64,000 bases of DNA from Lytechinus pictus (lineage: Eukaryota): NCBI RefSeq assembly GCF_037042905.1, contig NC_087263.1, positions 8,742,001 to 8,806,000 of the forward strand. The letters are read 5' to 3'. The notes under the pieces were generated by a model. That model was not told where the DNA came from and did no database searches. It saw nothing but the letters and a program-made list of their open reading frames with translations. Made by a program: the position numbers and the translations under genes. Of the stretch, positions 26,101 to 38,257 are shown piece by piece (positions within the stretch are counted from its first letter, which is position 1; the number at the start of each line of letters is the position of its first letter).

Positions 26101-27861
26101 CTCTCTCTCTTCTTCTTCTTCTTCTTCTTCTTCGAAGTCTATCATCCTACCCTCTCTCTATCCCCCTCTCCCTCTTTAAAGTAAGAACCAATTTTAAATT
26201 GTCAGTGGCTCAACATCTGAATAGTCTGAATGCACTCAGGCAAAATAATATAGATGGCAGGCAAGATGAAACATACATTTTATGAGGGGGCTGTTGCCGA
26301 GACTACGATGTGTTTATATCAACTTGCAATTGAACGCTGGTGATTGATACAAAACATGATTACATCGTCAGCTTTTGCCACATTGTGAATCAATGTTGGT
26401 TGAGATGTAAATAATACAGTCTACCGGTGCAACAGAGGCGGAAGCACCTGTATCGATTGGTAATAATGTTTCAAAGTACCGAAATTGATTATTAGATGAC
26501 AGATCAATATCAGTGGAAATGTGAAAGTAAAGGTTGGACATTACAATGTTGTTGTTTGTTGGGAATTAATGGCGACCAGTCATATTTGACTATTACCGCC
26601 AACTCGTTAGGCCAACTATTATTTTCTTTCTTTTCTTCGACGTGTCCTTTAAAATCGTTCCTATCCTTCCTTCCTTCTTATGAAAATGCGACACGTGTTT
26701 TAAAGAATTATACAAAATATAACAAAAGGGATGTGACCTTTGAACCCTTGTGTCTTTCATTTCTTGAACTATTATTACTATGAATATCATCATTCGTATT
26801 AGTTTTGTTAGATATCATATCAAGTTTATTATTATATACCTTTTTTTTATTTTCATCATCATTGCTATTTTATCGATTATTGTTATAACAGCTGAAGAAT
26901 TCATCGTCATTACCATTATCATGATTATTATTAATCTCCAAAACTCTTCCATGTCGCTCGAACTCAAAGTTATCCTGAATGCCACTCGTATGAAGTATTA
27001 CTTTTAAACAAGGAATACTTTACTAATCATGCTAATGTTGTGACTGTTCTAATTGTTTCACGTTTTTACCTTCACAATGTGTAGCAATTAAACATGCTCC
27101 TTTATCACTCTCACTTAATATATTTTATGACTGGATTTCTTATCACGTAAATTCGTGTTTCACATCTTTCATACGTTACGTGATCTCCACCTCTTCACAT
27201 TTGCCGTCGAGGCCTATAAGACCATCTTTTTTCGTTTTTTTTTTGTTTTGCATTAGGGAATAATGTTACCATAACCTTGATCTGAATTCATGTACGACGG
27301 AGAAGAAAAAAAATTTATCAAATTAAGTTATTGCAAATGTAAATTACAAAGTAATAATGATTACAGTTTTTGTATGCCCTATTCCCCGAATAATTTAGGT
27401 TAATTGTTTTATCCAAAGATGAAGAGTAAAGAGGTGTATAATAAATTTCAATTGAATTTACATTAAGCATCTTATAGAACAGGGCCTTGAATTTGAAGCT
27501 AAAAATAGAGGTTAGTCTGAGCAACACAACTATGAACATGGTTATGATGATGGTCACAAGCTTCAAGAGTTATTTACAGATCAGTAGGCTTACTTCCTCT
27601 TCTCCACGTTTGGACTACTTTTCTAGACCGATTGAGGCTGCTTCAGTCATAGGATAACACATATTTGCAGCTCACATCTTCAATGTTCCATGTGTTTAGC
27701 AAAAGAAAAAAAAATCCCATTTATGATAATCATAATGATAAAGCGTTAATAGTATGTGTTAGCCGTTCCTTTGTGTGTGTGTCATTGTGCCATAAAGGTT
27801 TAACGGCCACCATCCTTTTGATTTTGAATCTTATACAGATTTTTCACCACGAGCCATTCAG

Positions 27862-27991
27862 GGGCCCGTAACACAAAGCTTAGTGATTGATCGTACACTT
27901 TATTTTCACGATTGATTGTACATTGTAGTCAATGCAATCAATTGTAGAAAAATGTTCTACGATTGATTGCTAAGCTTTGTGTTACGGGCCC
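27862..27991. mobile_element. Harbinger-like MITE (GGGCCCGTAACACAAAG family)
   Basis: Long TIRs GGGCCCGTAACACAAAGCTTAG / CTAAGCTTTGTGTTACGGGCCC; relatives at 38142-38257 and 50638-50793. Confidence 0.85.
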
Positions 27992-28123
27992 CATGATCGC
28001 TACTTCCCCTTACAATACTCAGCGATCCTAATTCTCTCATTGCTTCCGGATTATTTTCTTGACTTTGAAAAAGAGAGAAATGAGAAAATGAAAATAAACT
28101 AAAAAACAACTTGCGGTTGATAC

Positions 28124-28139
28124 TGATGATGAGGATGAC

Positions 28140-28175
<36 letters not shown>

Positions 28176-28182
28176 AATGATA
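28124..28182 (+). repeat. (GAT)n microsatellite
   Basis: Seen directly. Similar tracts: (GAT/GGT)n 37356-37410, (CT)n 20529-20566 and 20670-20702, (CTT)n 26111-26133. Confidence 0.9.
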
Positions 28183-28531
28183 ACCCACTCGTAAAGCATC
28201 AATCCCGTGCATTGCAATATCGTATGTGTCGAATGTTTTAATATCCGAATAAGCTTCTTGAAGCCTGAGTGACCCCATTCAGATGTGGATATCCATAGCC
28301 ATGGTAATCATATAGTTATATCTAAGGACTACAAAAGATTTTTTTTTTTTTTTTTTTAATACTGCCAAATTGCAGAATCATCTTCAAAGAATCTGTATCA
28401 CGCAAATCTGTTGATCTAAATTAAATATCATGCTTTCAAAAAGGAAAGCAAAACACAATAGAGATAAAACACTGGCCATAGCTATTAGGCATTCATGTGT
28501 TGTACAGTATACAGGGTAATGATCTAGTTTA

Positions 28532-28545
28532 GTTGCCATGGTAAC
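28532..28545. promoter_or_regulatory. RFX X-box
   Basis: GTTGCCATGGTAAC, a full match to the GTNRCCATGGYAAC consensus. Confidence 0.6.
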
Positions 28546-29014
28546 TACCAAATGAAATATCCGCGATCCACAACGAAGCAGGAAGGAATATGAAATGGAG
28601 CGCGCAGGATCAATGAACTAGCGATGAGATTGAATATAACTATATTAACCAGCGAGAGATGTTATTGAACCGCCAGCAACTTAAAACACCACGCTTTCCA
28701 AATGTTCATTTACTTGTCGTGCCTTTTAAGATTGCAGTGGCATTAAGATGTGTTCTAATTACCTCCCATCTTTCTCCTACCGTTCCATTTGAGCTGATGT
28801 TGCGCCGATGGTACAGCCTTTGAATTTTATTACTTGCCTGATAACGAAACATTTTTTATGATATTGTTCCCTCCTCAGGGCTGAACGATCTGGTTTTCAT
28901 TTCCTGTTTCATCTTTATACTTAATGATGAATCACTGACAGGCCAGGGATGAATATGATACGAGGTGCTATAAATTATCTACCCTGAATTTAATTTATAT
29001 TGATCTTAGTAATT

Positions 29015-29045
29015 ATGGTATGTCATCTAGAACGACATGATATCA
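29015..29045 (+). CDS. Candidate first coding exon of synaptotagmin (exon 28879-29045; encodes MVCHLERHDI)
   Basis: Pyrimidine-rich acceptor ttgttccctcctcAG at 28878. ATG 29015 has A at -3 and G at +4, with an in-frame TAA upstream (28991). Donor A|GTAAGT at 29046 is phase 1, as the next exon requires. Confidence 0.6.
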
Positions 29046-29359
29046 GTAAGTGGGATAATTTGACAGGCTCTCTGAATGTCAGGTCGAATTCTTTCAATAA
29101 ACATCTTGTACTTTAAAAGCAGGCTTTATTGTAATTTAAAATGCAATAATGAAAGCTTTTAAATTGAGTTTTGAGCTATAAACCGGGCTATCGGTTAACA
29201 TGGATAAAATACGAGAGTTCCTTCGTTCATTTTCCTTTCTCTTTTGTAATTACTTTCTTTTCTCTAACGTTCACCTTTTCTTCCTGACCAGTTCTTTGTC
29301 ACTTCAAGGTAAAATATAGCGAGTTATGAATGACGGATTGGGCCCCTGTGATTCACCAT

Positions 29360-29388
29360 TGACGTCATCAGGTCATTTCCATGGCAAC
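29360..29388. promoter_or_regulatory. CRE next to an X-box
   Basis: TGACGTCA 29360-29367 and ATTTCCATGGCAAC 29375-29388. Confidence 0.5.
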
Positions 29389-30669
29389 AAACTACAATTA
29401 TAATCTATAACCCGCTCTGCACATTAGGCATATCCTCCGGAATCGTTGTAACGAAAAATGCACCTTTCCTTTACATTCAACCGGTCGCAAGGTCTTTGCA
29501 TTCTGTCTCCCATGCATATATCTAAAAATTCGGCGGACAACTTTATTCATTTCTACAAGTTTTATTTTCAACATCACGTTCCTCCATTCTGTTTTAATTC
29601 ATGTTAGTGATTTTAAAAAAGCCGAGATAAGAACATCGCTGAAAGGATGATTATATGCATCAAAACGAGGAGTTATATTTAGATTAAGTTTGTCATTATG
29701 GCGGGAGATATCTTTCTAACGTCTTTCTCACGCATGATGCAAGTGCAATATTGTTCAAACTTGCAATTACCCGTTTATAGACAATAAATGGTAGCAACTG
29801 CATGAGACAAAGAGGATGCTTATAGTCAAGGAACTCTTTGTGCTCAATGGTTTTCAGTATAGAAGAGTGAAATTAGAATATACATGTATATTATATTATT
29901 TTAATGTACCATCGAGTTACTCTGAAAAACTACGTCTTTGAAACCATTCAATATTGTCAACAATCTGCAGAATTTATGAATCTTGTCCACAATCCTTATT
30001 CCTATTATTCAAGGCTGTTCTCACTCACATAATGCTCATACATTCACTATTTCAATATATTTTCTAATCAACTGAATATCCAAAAAGTTTTCCGAAATCA
30101 TTTTAAATAAATACATATAGATGTAACAAGTATGTATGAAAAAGAAGAATATTTCAATAAATAACAGAATTTGAAGACATTTTTATGATATCTCATCATT
30201 AAAAATACATGTACGCGTGTTCCATTTGTTTCAATATATCGTTTTGTCTATCGTTAAGAAAAAAAAGTTAGGTCTCTTCCGTATCCTGTTTTAAAGGTGA
30301 GCAACTGGATACATCCTCCAAAGACCGGGGTATTTCACGATTGAATCTTTGTATGCATGTCGAAAGCTTTCTGGCTAGGTGTCATATTTAATGATTTATG
30401 TATGAGGGTCGGACTCTTGGAAACCAGGTAGCCTTCCGAGGGCCATCTCACATCGATTTCCGATGTACAGTGGCGTTGTATTAGAGACGAGAAGCAAACC
30501 TGATGCGGGGTATGCGTGCAGAGACGGATGTGCAATTGTCGACCAGAAAGGAATCAGCTGTCATGCGTGTTGTTGGGCAATGGAGAGAGATCTAAAGCGG
30601 AAGCCCGGACAACCACTGCTTCTGCTAATATTTTTTTTTTGCCAACATTTGTAGATCAAGGGCCGTGTC

Positions 30670-31050
30670 CTCCTCATTTTTCTTCTCTCTCCCCCTCTCT
30701 CTCTCTCTTTCCCTTCCCTCTTTCTCCTCTTCTTTTCCCAGCTCTTTTTCCACCTTCTTTCTTCTTCTTTTTCTTTATTCTTTTTCTTTCTTCTTTTTCT
30801 TTCTTCTTCTTCCTTTATCCTTCTTTTTCTTATTCTACGTCTCCTTCCCATTGCCTGCTCTTTTCTATCTCCGGATAACTCTTCTTCATCATATTCTACT
30901 TCCACCTCCTCTTCCTCCTTTTTCGTATTGCCCCCCCCCCCCCTACTTCTTCTCCGTCTTCTTCTTCTCATTGCTCCTGCTCCTGTTCTCCCTTTTTCTC
31001 TCTCTCTCCCTCCTCTTCTTCTTCTTCGTCTTCTTGTTTTCTTTCTCGTC
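30670..31050 (+). repeat. Polypyrimidine (CT/CTT) low-complexity tract, ~380 bp
   Basis: Almost entirely C and T on +; explains the R/E/K-rich and F/S/L-rich ORFs here. Confidence 0.9.
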
Positions 31051-31360
31051 ATGAGCTCACTGTCTCTAATTGTCCTCCTCTCCGCTAAATTATCTTTTAG
31101 ATACTTATCCACACGCTGACTGCAATTTTCTCACTGTGAAGGATAAACTTTTTCACAGACACCTTATCATTGTATAGCATTCATACATCGTAGATAACCC
31201 AGTGAAGACCGAACGATCATGGAGTTTTGATAACTTGAAACCCGTTTCCTAGATTTAATTTATTGATATGATCGCGAGAAATATTTTGTTCGGGAGCCAA
31301 GTATCAGATTTCAACGGTATAACGTAATAAATATTTTTCTTTAATATAATTAAAACAATT

Positions 31361-31740
31361 CATAATGATAATAATAAATAATGATAATAATAAATAATGG
31401 TAATGGATGGGATGTGTAATGCGCCATATCCACTCTGAAGAGTGCCAAAGGCGCAGTGAAAGAACCAGAGATAAAGAGAAATGTAAAAATTACAATGATA
31501 AATTAAGGAACAATTAAGACATGTAAGAGTAGGAAGCAATAAATAGACGTATCTTAAGGTATTGTTGAAATGTATCAAATTTAAGTACATTCACGGATTT
31601 CCAGGAAAAGATCGTTCAAGAGAACAGGGCCAGCGTGAGCAAAAGCCCGCACCCCCATGTCTAAACGGATTTGGGAACAGCGAGGGAACCAGAGTTAGAT
31701 GAACGTAGGGACCTAACAGGAGTGTACTTGAAATTATCAT
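31361..31740 (-). mobile_element. 3' fragment of an L2/CR1-group LINE
   Basis: Minus strand reads YTPVRSLRSSNSGSLAVPKS then, frameshifted, RAFAHAGPVLLNDL; ends in an (ATT)n-like tail. Confidence 0.7.
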
Positions 31741-32481
31741 AGTATCGTGTAGCAGAATTTGATGATATTCTGTAAAGTTTTAAATGAAATATATTTGATT
31801 TGATAGTTTATCATCATTGGGATGGTATTCATCCTAGCCGTCAGTTAAGAAAGTTAAAATGAGATGCCCTCAGATAAAATGAGACTTATACTTCGAGAAG
31901 TGTCATTCTGATGTTTAGATTGGACATCAACATAATCTACAAGCTGTTATCATGCGTATGTAAATAACATCTTTAAAAAATAATGCTGTTTTTCTACAGG
32001 AGTAGACCTAAACATTGACCAAATTTTCTTTAGAAAAATATTTTCTTTCGAATTTACATGTACGTCTATTTACCCCTTTCACGCCGTTGGTTTAAATGTA
32101 TTATTCGTGATCATTATGATGCTATTCATCAAAACACAGCATTGCTTCCCCCTTCACCAACTCCACAAAATGGCCATCTTAAATGGCGTTCGAGTGTATA
32201 CATAGCAATGTACTTTCCCGTCGTTGTGGCCAGAATATTAAGCTTGGTTTACTTCAGTTTGGATTTTTATTGACCCGACCTTGTGCTGTTGTTAGCATAT
32301 AAATGGGCTTATTTGGGTTGACAATCACGAGCGAGTAGTAATGAATAACGGTTGAGCTTCCGCCATTGCTGCATACAGATATCCGACAGCTTGGTCGCAG
32401 TCACCACTGGACGTTTTAGACAGTATGTCCACGCGATGTACAAGTTGCCAGTCGTTTTCCTCAAAGGAACAGTCACACTTG

Positions 32482-32637
32482 AGGAGCGTTTCATCAACAT
32501 TTTCGTCCGATCAGTTGCCAGATCTAATGACTTTTCTTGATTTTGATTGGCTGAAAAGCACTGTTACTATGATAAATGTCGGATGAAATAAAACTTGTCG
32601 GATAAAACTTCTGGCAAGACATTTCATGAAGCACTCT
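32482..32637. mobile_element. Second copy of the GGGAGCGTTTCAT MITE family
   Basis: Shares gagcgtttcatcaa, ttttgattggctga and acttgtcggataaaac with 11135-11291. Confidence 0.75.
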
Positions 32638-34261
32638 TATCGACGCTTTAAACCAGCGGAGGACGATCTTCTATACACTTGGCCAACCGCTTTCCCCTTT
32701 AATCCCATTTTATATATCAAAAGTTCTATTCTTGATACCAAAAATTTCATTTTGTTAACAGAAAATTGTACGAATGTTTATTCTTTTTTAAAACAATGTG
32801 TGTTATTAGCAAAAGGCAACTCTCGATATAAAAATACGGTATTAAGAAAATAGATTGCAATGGCATTTGAACGTCACCTGGTATACGCTTCTTTAACCGT
32901 TCAGTTGTGATAGTCCCTTAGGGTTTTGTTTTTTTCTCCCTTTTACCTGTTTTGGTCCTCAATGCCCTTGATATCTGAATATACTACGCACATCGTGCGC
33001 GTGATATGCAACTGACTTTAACAGTGTAGAATCGAGCGCAGGCCAGTACAGACATGATCATGAGGATGCGACGCACCTGACCAACGGGTCCTGCTACATG
33101 GGGTGATGCTGCTTGGACAAAGGCACAAGAAGATGATACCTCGGCATGAAACGCATCAACCTTCCCGTTGCAATTATTCCTGGTCAAAAATTGATACGAA
33201 ATTATTATTTTAGATAACTTAACAGAGATGACCCCCTGACAAGTAACCCCGAAATCCGCCAAAATTACCAAACTACAATAAACAGTTCTATTTACCATTC
33301 CATGCATGACTATCACCGTGCCCCCTCGCGAAAGTAGTATCAAGGAACCAAACATTATGTTTCTTTTTGTACGTAATGTGCTAAATTTCAATTATTAGAA
33401 AGGCAAACGGCAAACTTCTCTCGACAATCGCTTTCCGTTTCATCGTTACTCTTTTCATGCTAGTTAATGAAATCCATTCGATTCCCTAGGCTTTAATCCT
33501 TGTCTTCCCAAGGAGTAATTTCCTATTTCATTATGCTAATTGCCCCTGGAGATTTCATTTTCAATCTTTAACTTCCCTATCAAACAATAGGCTAATTTTT
33601 TATGCAAAGGATAGACAATTATGATGTGCTTCATTGAATACGCTAATGAAATCCGTCGAAGCATTTGATTCACATGTATATATTATTTGATATTTAGGTT
33701 TCGGTTCGTTGCAGAGAGGTGACATAAAAGCTATCCTGGTGTTACAAATTGCTGTAGACAAAGAAAGAGCTCTCATTTTAAATCATCCTCTATCACATTA
33801 CTTTTGTTTTATAGGACTTTTGAGTGCACGTGTTTTGGTTCCTGATAGACTTAACTAAGAGAACTAGAAGTATAAGCTTGGACAAAATGATTGTGATAAT
33901 TCGAGGCGTTGTGTAATATTGTACGTGGCTTGTCCTCAGTTGGAGTCTTATTTCGACTTTTAACAATATTGATTTTCATTTCATATCGTTAGATACTTGA
34001 TTCTATGCAAAACATATACTGTCACGTTAGTTGACACGTGAAGGAGTAAAACATTTAACGTTAACGATGACCATCGATCGTTTTATGAAGCTTTTTGAAT
34101 TTCGAGATCATATTCAACCATGCAGATGAACCTATTAATGCAGCACGATGCTTTTTCTTTTCCGTTTTGTGTACAGATACCAGAATTCAATGCAACGAAT
34201 GACATATCAAGGATCAAATTATTAACGTGTTTTATATTTTTTCTCTATCTCATTTCTACAG

Positions 34262-35151
34262 GTCGGATCTTTCCACTCGAAGAAATTGCCATCCCCGTAT
34301 GCTTATCAATAGCGATCGTTCTGATCGCCTTCATTACCCTTTATTGCTCCAAAAGGAAGAAAGCCCTGTCGGAGCCTCAGGACTTGTATACCGTCCAGCG
34401 TAAAGTGTTCAATCATCACAGCTACGAGATTGACTCAGACTCGGATAACGATAGTATGTTCCAAAGCCGTGATGGGTCTCCAACAGGTAGCCGATCCAGC
34501 TCGGGAAGACCTAGTCCAACTCGGCCCCTCCCTCTACCGCGTCAATCAACTGTCCCGCTCTTGCCGCAGAAGCTCCGCCAGGAAGCATTCCGAAAGCAAC
34601 GTCAGCTCTCCTTACAGCTTAACCTGACGAACGTCGAGTTCAGTGTCAAGAACATCAATTCCACCCGCAAAGACCAAACAGATCTGATAGGTACATTACG
34701 TCCAGAGCTTTACCGACAAGAATCCAAAGACAAGGGGAAGCCTAACGGTGAAAGCAGACCAAACTGTGGCAGATTGGTTTTCAGCCTTTTCTACGACTAC
34801 GCAACGGAGACACTGAACGTTCACATAGAGCGAGCTGTCGGCCTTCCGGCCAAAGACTTCTCAGGAACGTCGGACCCCTACGTGAAGATTTATCTATGCC
34901 CCGACCGGAAGCGGAAGTACCAGACCAAAGTTCATCGGAAAAATTGTGATCCTGTTTTCGATGAGAGATTTGCCTTTCAAATACCTTACAACGAGCTGGA
35001 GACCAAAACTTTGAAATTCACCGTCTATGATTTCGACCGGTTTTCCAGGCATGACCTTATAGGAGAAGTTAATATCACCAGTCTTCTTACAGATAGAGAT
35101 CTGAGTAAAGAAACACAATACGTGGAGGACATAATGAAAGGAACGTCGCAA
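34262..35151 (+). CDS. SYT9: Synaptotagmin (SYT3/6/9/10 class) exon: transmembrane segment, linker and C2A domain
   Basis: Acceptor tttctacAG at 34261, donor CAA|GTAAGT at 35152. Encodes TM IAIPVCLSIAIVLIAFITLYC then KRKK, and C2A motifs LPAKDFSGTSDPYVKIYL and YDFDRFSRHDLIG. The symbol marks the closest recalled vertebrate match, not proven orthology. Confidence 0.95.
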
Positions 35152-36741
35152 GTAAGTATAGATGTTAGAGATCTTACTTTAGTATTTATATCCTGATGTC
35201 CCAGTTTTAAATATTGAGATACAATAAGCAACCCTTTGACAAGTAGCTCGCTTGTTAAAATGCACGTTCTTTTTTTTCCAAGCTATACGCTGCAATTACG
35301 ATAATGAAATGTAATCTTAACCTGCTTCTTTTAAGAACGGGTTATATTCTCCGAGCTCATAAAAGGACGCCTTCACTGGAGCGATGTGACGCCTTCATAG
35401 TGTGGGCAACCGTTTTCTCTGTTCGCATTAAAGTTGTTCGTCTTTTATCGGATCTTTATGAGAAAAATCCCACACATCAACATGTGTTTGTTTCGAGAAA
35501 ATGTCACGGCCATATACGGCCTGGAAAAATAAAGCATGAAAAGGGTCCATTGCTAACATGTTTAAGATAGCAAATACTTGATTAGAACTTGTCAAAGCTA
35601 CGGTTTCGCTGTTTATAGCGATGTTTATGTCCAACTGGATTAGCCTGGGCGTGTTTTTTTTCTTTCTTTTAACAACAAGGTCACTCAAAAAGAAGTTGTC
35701 GATTCCCCACCCGTGGATGAGTATTGTAAGCTTACATAAATCTTCATGCAGCTTGTTTACTCATATTACGACCAAGCATGTTGGGCCATTTTCATTTTTG
35801 AAGGACTTGGTTATTTTCTACCTTTTAAAAACAACTTTTTAATGCTTTTAGCCAAAACGCTTTGTTCCCTGTAGATATATATTTTTTTTAATTTGCTTTC
35901 CTTTATGTTATTTTTTTTCCTTTTTAGCTAGGGCTAGTTATACGATACTTCACCGAGTACGTAAATCGTGTCAGCGTATAAAAAAGGTAGTTGTGCTACC
36001 ATGGTAGTGTGGGAAAACGTACTTTTCTAAGAATAGTAATAGTAAATCCTTCACTAATCGTTACATAAATATTCTGCCATGATGTACTATACGCATTCCG
36101 CAATTTTACGTCACTACTTAAATCTGGCTTACCTAGTATATTTCCCTTCTGTTTCTGAAATAGATTTTGCTTTAGACAAAATATAACGCAAGTATAAGTC
36201 ATGAAATACAAATATATTATCATTTGCATTCCAATAAGGATTTGACCGGTAAATAAATAATGCTATTGATAAATGCCAAGTTCAAATATTTTAGAAGCTT
36301 GGACCCTACTTTTTATAGTATTACGTATGAAAGCAATCTTTGATAAAGTAGGTCATCAAAAGCTCTTTCCGTATTTTTAGTCGGAAAATCATATTGCTCT
36401 TGTCTTAAGTATTTTGTTTAAAATATTTACCGTTAAAATTACATAGCAAAGGTCCCCCTCAAAGAAAAATAAAATCAAACAAAGAAATATAGAACTTTTA
36501 TATTACTGAAACGATGATTTACTCACAACTGACATGACTACTTTGATGGTTTATCTTAATTCCAAAGTGCTTGTCGTGTATTTAAAAACACAATAAAATA
36601 TCGAAAGAATACATCTTAATAATATACATGTGAACATTAGTGATAGTAAGAAAAGGAGAACCCGTTCGTTATAATCAATAAAAATGATATTCCCTAAGAC
36701 GGAACGGAACGTTCTTGTGTCCTCCATACCTGGCATGTCTG

Positions 36742-36987
36742 GGGCCCATCTTACAAAGAGTTGCGATTGATCCGATCAATCGCAACTATGGAAAGCCAGC
36801 AAAGTCAACATATTAAACGCATGTTTGTTTTACAAAAAACATTCATTGATTTCTTGAAAATTTGGTGTGTTCTCCTTTGTTTACAAAATACATTTTGCAA
36901 ATTTCTTGTAAAAAAATAATGACACTGATGGATTTCCATAGAGTTACGATTGATTGAATCAATCGTAACTCTTTGTAAGACGGGGCC
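36742..36987. mobile_element. PIF/Harbinger-like MITE (GGCCC..TCTTACAAAG family)
   Basis: ~45-bp TIRs; CTG on both sides (36739-36741, 36988-36990). Confidence 0.85.
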
Positions 36988-37450
36988 CTGGTAATCTCAG
37001 TTAATATCACTGCTGAAGGACTGTAATGTGTCTACTTGTTCAGTATACTGAACGTAATGTTAATCAGTATTTGTTAATTTTGGCAGAGTTGCAGTTAATC
37101 TGCTCGTTATAGTTTGTAGGTCTACCTACCTACCAAAGCAAGTTTCAACATATTTCCTCGAAACCACCTACAACATGTACAACTCTCGCCTTTTTAATAA
37201 TAGAACCATTTCTACCGATGCTATATTGCAGTATTATTGCAAAGATTGTTATCATAATTCTCATGAGCGAGATTGGTATTAACTTTTTGTTTTGTTATTG
37301 TTGTCAGTTTAAGCAGGTATTTCACCTTCGTGGTAGGCTGTAGAGCCCTTTGAATATGATAATGATGATGGTGATGATGGTGATGGTGATTATGATGATG
37401 ATGATGACTACTGATATCATTATGCTATCCTTGATATTTTTTCACTTTAG

Positions 37451-37571
37451 GAAAAGGCGGATTTAGGCGAGGTGATGTTTTCACTCAACTACCTGCCTAC
37501 AGCGTGTCGACTAACTCTCACTGTCATCAAAGCCCGTAACCTTAAGGCGATGGATATTACCGGTGCCTCAG
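37451..37571 (+). CDS. SYT9: Synaptotagmin exon, start of C2B ([40 protein letters not shown])
   Basis: Acceptor ttcactttAG at 37450, donor G|GTATGA at 37572; phase 0 to 1. Peptide closely matches the SYT9-class C2B start. Not in the ORF track. Confidence 0.95.
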
Positions 37572-38141
37572 GTATGAGATCAAGGTTAAATGAGAATGAA
37601 TCCATTTGAAAAAGTTGAATCAATATAAAAGATAGGACAAATACAAACAAAAACATAGGCAGACAAAAGAAAGTTTGAGGAAGATTGCATGAATAATAAG
37701 AAAGTTATGAGCGTTTGAATATTCAGATCACTAATGTTAGGCAGATCATCCCATTGACATATGTGATGTCGCACATGTACAACTCCCCCATAACTTCAGG
37801 TATATCACTTACATTTTCTCTTTAATCTAGTGTTTCGCAAGGTCAGTGTTCTTTTTTATCAGAAGACGTGTAATAGATGACTAATGTTTTTTTTTTGTAT
37901 TATCAGAATGAGCAAACAAGACATTGTACATCTGCGAAATCACAGATCTTGTTTTCTTTTGCTAACGGGAGATCTTGTAGTATTGGTGATCTTGACATTC
38001 AAATGCTCCTAACTTTATTGCTGCTTGTCCAGTTTTACTCAAACTTTTATTGATCTTATTCTGTTTGTTTCTGCTTTCATACAAACTAACTTGCTCCAAT
38101 GGTTTCATTCCCCTTTAATACTGCAACGAAATCGACTCCAG

Positions 38142-38257
38142 GGTCCCGTAACACAAAAATTAGCGATTTATCATAAGCTTGATTGTATTCAATGAAATGA
38201 ACCGTTACAACATTTTATACGGTCATTGCAGCATGGCTTAGTTTTGTGCTATGGGCC
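38142..38257. mobile_element. Degenerate copy of the GTAACACAAAG MITE family
   Basis: GGTCCCGTAACACAAAAATTAG ... TTAGTTTTGTGCTATGGGCC. Confidence 0.7.

Noticed and set aside
30561-31119. Arg/Glu/Lys-rich 183-aa ORF and overlapping ORFs
   Set aside because: Translations of a polypyrimidine/polypurine tract.
33025-33102. Extra synaptotagmin coding exon (also 30471-30509)
   Set aside because: Weak splice context, and the open frames end in phase 2, which does not fit the phase-1 acceptor at 34262.
34120-34261. N-terminal 47 aa (and last 14 aa) of the 358-aa ORF as part of synaptotagmin
   Set aside because: Intronic read-through: a clear acceptor at 34261 and donor at 35152 bound the exon.
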